This document shows, in pieces, positions 61,723-64,000 of a stretch of 64,000 bases of DNA; position 1 is the first letter of the stretch; each line of letters begins with the position of its first letter. The position numbers were made by a program, and so were the translations under genes. The DNA lies in the NCBI GenBank assembly GCA_038997165.1, contig JAWBAK010000001.1:61926-125925 (forward strand). The letters run 5' to 3'. The notes below the pieces were generated by a model, which saw only the letters and a program-made list of their open reading frames with translations, was not told the origin of the DNA and did no database searches. Origin of the DNA: Candidatus Aenigmatarchaeota archaeon (GTDB lineage Archaea > Aenigmatarchaeota > Aenigmatarchaeia > CG10238-14 > SpSt-28).

Positions 61723-64000
61723 TATTTTCAAGAAAATTTTTTAAATCATTTTTAACTTTATATAATTTTTCTTTAAGTTTTTCACAATTTCCTTCAAAGA
61801 ATTCATAATAATTTCCATCTTTTATTTTTATCTCTAAATATCCATAAGGTGTTTTCAATTTTTCTATTTCTTCTGAAAAACTATTTATTTTTTGATATTC
61901 AAAATCTATCCCTCTAAAATAAATATTTGAATTTTCAATTTTTAATTCAAATATTGGTGTTTCTAAGGAATAAATTTTAATAGAAGAATTTATAAATTCT
62001 TTTTCTTTTTTGAAATAATTTTCAAATATTTTTAAAATAAAGTTTGAAGAAGAAATTATTCTTTGAATAATAGGAATTTCAAAAATAAATTTTGGTTTAG
62101 TAATATTTATTTCTTTTTCATATTCAATTTCAAAATATTTAATTTTAACTAAATAATTACCTTCTTCTAATTTATAAGAAATTCTTGAAAAACCAAAAAC
62201 CTCTTTTACATCTTTTAATACAGTAAAATTATTTTTTAAGATTTCTATAGAAACATTTCTTGGAAAATCCGAAAAAATTTCTATGTATAAATTAGTATTT
62301 TGAGAATATAAATTTCTTATTTCAAAAGAATTGTCATATTTAATTTCAATTTCAAAATCCTTTAGTAAAATTGTTTTATTATTAATAAATCTTGCCGGAT
62401 ATAAGTTTATATAAATATCTTGAATATCATTAGAATTATTAACTAAAACAATATCATAAAATTTGGAAATGTTTGTTAAAGGAAAATATTCATTAATTTC
62501 TATAATTGAATAATTTATAGAATAATTTTTTAAAGATTTGAATTGAGGTAAGTTAATTTTTTCTTGTAATATATAAAGTAAAGAAATATTATTGTACATA
62601 TTTAAAGTATAAACATCTGTATAGTTACAAACAAAAGTTGTATAATTTGTATTATTAATTTTTAAATTTACTATTGAACATATATCTTTGAAAACTAATT
62701 TAATTTTTGGATTTGAATGAATTAAGTAATTATAATATTCTTTCTTTGACTTATTAATTATTTGAAATGTTTCTCCAATAAAAATTATTGAATTTAACCA
62801 GTCTTCACTATATTTTTTATACTCTTCAGAAAAAATATAAATTAAATGTGCTGGAGTTATTCCAAAAAATTCCGAAATTTTTGAATTCCTTGCTTCTTTT
62901 AGAGATTTTGAAAGAGTAAAATTATAATCTAAAATTTTAGAAAAAATATCTAATGCGTGAGCTGAAGAAATTAAATTTGTATGATTTTTATATCCTAATT
63001 TAGTAAAAGCTTTTAAATATGGTAAAGAGTTTTCAAAATTGTTTAGACTTGCATCAAAAACTATTTCTATAAATTGCAAGTTTGAAATATTAACCTCTTC
63101 TCTATAAGTTTTATTAGTAGGTAATATGTATTTTTCTTTTTCTGTTAAAGTAATAATAAAAAGAATAGAAGTATTATCTAAATATTTTAAAAAATTTGAT
63201 AAATTTAATATTTCTAATACTCTTATTGGATTTGTCTCTATTTCAAAAAGAAGTCTTGATATTAAATTTGAAAATTGAAATAAATTTTTTAAAAATTTTA
63301 TAGCTTCAGAAAAACTTATTTCTTCGTTGGTAGAAATAATTTCCTTAAATATTTCTATTAATTCTTGAATATTTTCATTAGTAAGTCTTTTTTCAGTTAG
63401 TCTTTCTACATTGTATTTATTATACTTTAATTTATCTCTTATTTCTGCTATAAATGGCATAAAGCCTCCCTTAAAGAAAAATTCCTTTATATCACTTTCG
63501 TTTATTATATCTAAATATGTTTGAACAATTAATGCGTTTTTTGTCAAGTTAGCAAGTTTTTTTGCTTCTATTTGTAAACTTATTTCTTCTAATGAGCAGC
63601 AAAGTCTTCTTATAGGAAGATCTTGAAATTTATCATCGTTTAAATCTGCATAAGGATAATCGCTATAAATAATAAGATCTTCTGTAATTTTTATTGGATA
63701 AGAAGGAACTTTAGAAAAATCTCCAACAATTACAATTTCCGGTTCTAATGTTGATAAAAGATTGAGAGATCTTAATTTATCATAAGTTTGTTTAATAATT
63801 GTTTTAATTTCAAATGGGTTCGATGTATTAAGAAATATTGGAAAACAATTATATCTAGAAGAATATGTAATTATCTTTTTCTCTATGTTTGTTTTATCAT
63901 TAAAATTCTTTTCTGATATCAACATACAATCATAGAAATTACGAACATTTGTCTTTACAGTTGTATTTAATATTACTAGATTTCCACCTCTTCCGACATA
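61706..64000 (-). CDS. 739+-aa protein, 5'-partial (minus-strand frame open to the window edge); N-terminal region has a gingipain (peptidase C25)-like motif; no signal peptide seen
   Basis: The ORF track's Met is at 63925, but codons 63926-64000 on the minus strand have no stop (YVGRGGNLVILNTTVKTNVRNFYDC-MLISEK...). Motif PEIVIVGDFSKVPSYPIKITEDLIIYSDYPYADLNDDKFQDLPIRRL resembles the C25 strand-loop, GD...P...SD..Y..D.D...P.GR(l). Catalytic His/Cys could not be placed with confidence. Confidence 0.6.
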   Translation of the reverse strand, partial: YVGRGGNLVILNTTVKTNVRNFYDCMLISEKNFNDKTNIEKKIITYSSRYNCFPIFLNTSNPFEIKTIIKQTYDKLRSLNLLSTLEPEIVIVGDFSKVPSYPIKITEDLIIYSDYPYADLNDDKFQDLPIRRLCCSLEEISLQIEAKKLANLTKNALIVQTYLDIINESDIKEFFFKGGFMPFIAEIRDKLKYNKYNVERLTEKRLTNENIQELIEIFKEIISTNEEISFSEAIKFLKNLFQFSNLISRLLFEIETNPIRVLEILNLSNFLKYLDNTSILFIITLTEKEKYILPTNKTYREEVNISNLQFIEIVFDASLNNFENSLPYLKAFTKLGYKNHTNLISSAHALDIFSKILDYNFTLSKSLKEARNSKISEFFGITPAHLIYIFSEEYKKYSEDWLNSIIFIGETFQIINKSKKEYYNYLIHSNPKIKLVFKDICSIVNLKINNTNYTTFVCNYTDVYTLNMYNNISLLYILQEKINLPQFKSLKNYSINYSIIEINEYFPLTNISKFYDIVLVNNSNDIQDIYINLYPARFINNKTILLKDFEIEIKYDNSFEIRNLYSQNTNLYIEIFSDFPRNVSIEILKNNFTVLKDVKEVFGFSRISYKLEEGNYLVKIKYFEIEYEKEINITKPKFIFEIPIIQRIISSSNFILKIFENYFKKEKEFINSSIKIYSLETPIFELKIENSNIYFRGIDFEYQKINSFSEEIEKLKTPYGYLEIKIKDGNYYEFFEGNCEKLKEKLYKVKNDLKNFLENIKNNS

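Noticed and set aside
1-64000. tRNA, rRNA or other structured ncRNA genes
   Set aside because: Non-coding gaps are under 200 nt and extremely AT-rich, so none can form a GC-paired cloverleaf. The only GC-rich segments are the coding Gly/Pro linker and the two G tracts.
1-64000. Eukaryotic origin (Plasmodium- or Dictyostelium-like Asn-rich giant proteins)
   Set aside because: Gene density is about 95%. ATGA and multi-nt start/stop overlaps, operons on alternating strands, no intron signals, and a MinD/Lhr/wHTH gene content all indicate a prokaryote.

Overview
The window is an AT-rich (roughly a quarter GC by eye) prokaryotic locus, gene-dense, uses the standard genetic code (TAA and TGA both serve as stops), and has no clear Shine-Dalgarno sequences. 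The strand-switching operons, ATGA start/stop overlaps, archaeal-type wHTH regulator, Lhr-type helicase, dense N-x-S/T sequons and C-terminal TM anchors with K/R tails point to an archaeon (DPANN- or methanogen-like); an ultra-small bacterium cannot be excluded. About 45 kb of the 64 kb encodes secreted or membrane-anchored, Asn/Ile/Tyr/Lys-rich proteins built from beta-sandwich repeats.

Main contents:
- A giant ORF open from nt 2 (not from the first ATG at 917) to 23683, so it is at least 7,894 codons and runs off the 5' end of the window. It has at least 14 tandem ~320-aa modules, then Ig-like and CARDB-like domains, a 4-Cys module, an elastin-like Gly/Pro/Ala linker (a GC island), a single TM helix, and a C-terminal cytoplasmic HerA/FtsK-superfamily P-loop ATPase domain.
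- Translationally coupled downstream genes: a 410-aa coiled-coil protein with three SHOCT-like motifs, and a 1908-aa second surface protein whose cytoplasmic tail ends in the same SHOCT-like motif.
- Two MinD/ParA-type ATPase genes, each next to large surface-protein genes.
- A cluster of pure coiled-coil proteins (633, 218 and 1045 aa).
- A second giant surface protein (2542 aa) with an internal beta-propeller.
- A new ~140-aa secreted domain present three times across two adjacent genes.
- An Lhr-type helicase.
- An MFS transporter whose N-terminus is split by a frameshift in an A6T8 homopolymer.
- A 739+-aa minus-strand gene that runs off the 3' window edge and has a gingipain (C25)-like motif.

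Several genes contain long nucleotide-identical internal repeats (46 to ~400 nt), indicating ongoing gene conversion or duplication. No tRNA, rRNA, CRISPR array, transposase or integrase was found.

The most interesting candidate 'system' is the giant adhesin::TM::HerA-like motor fusion together with its co-operonic SHOCT coiled-coil protein, the second surface protein and MinD. Its function (contact-dependent DNA or substrate translocation, or surface-structure assembly) is inferred, not demonstrated.
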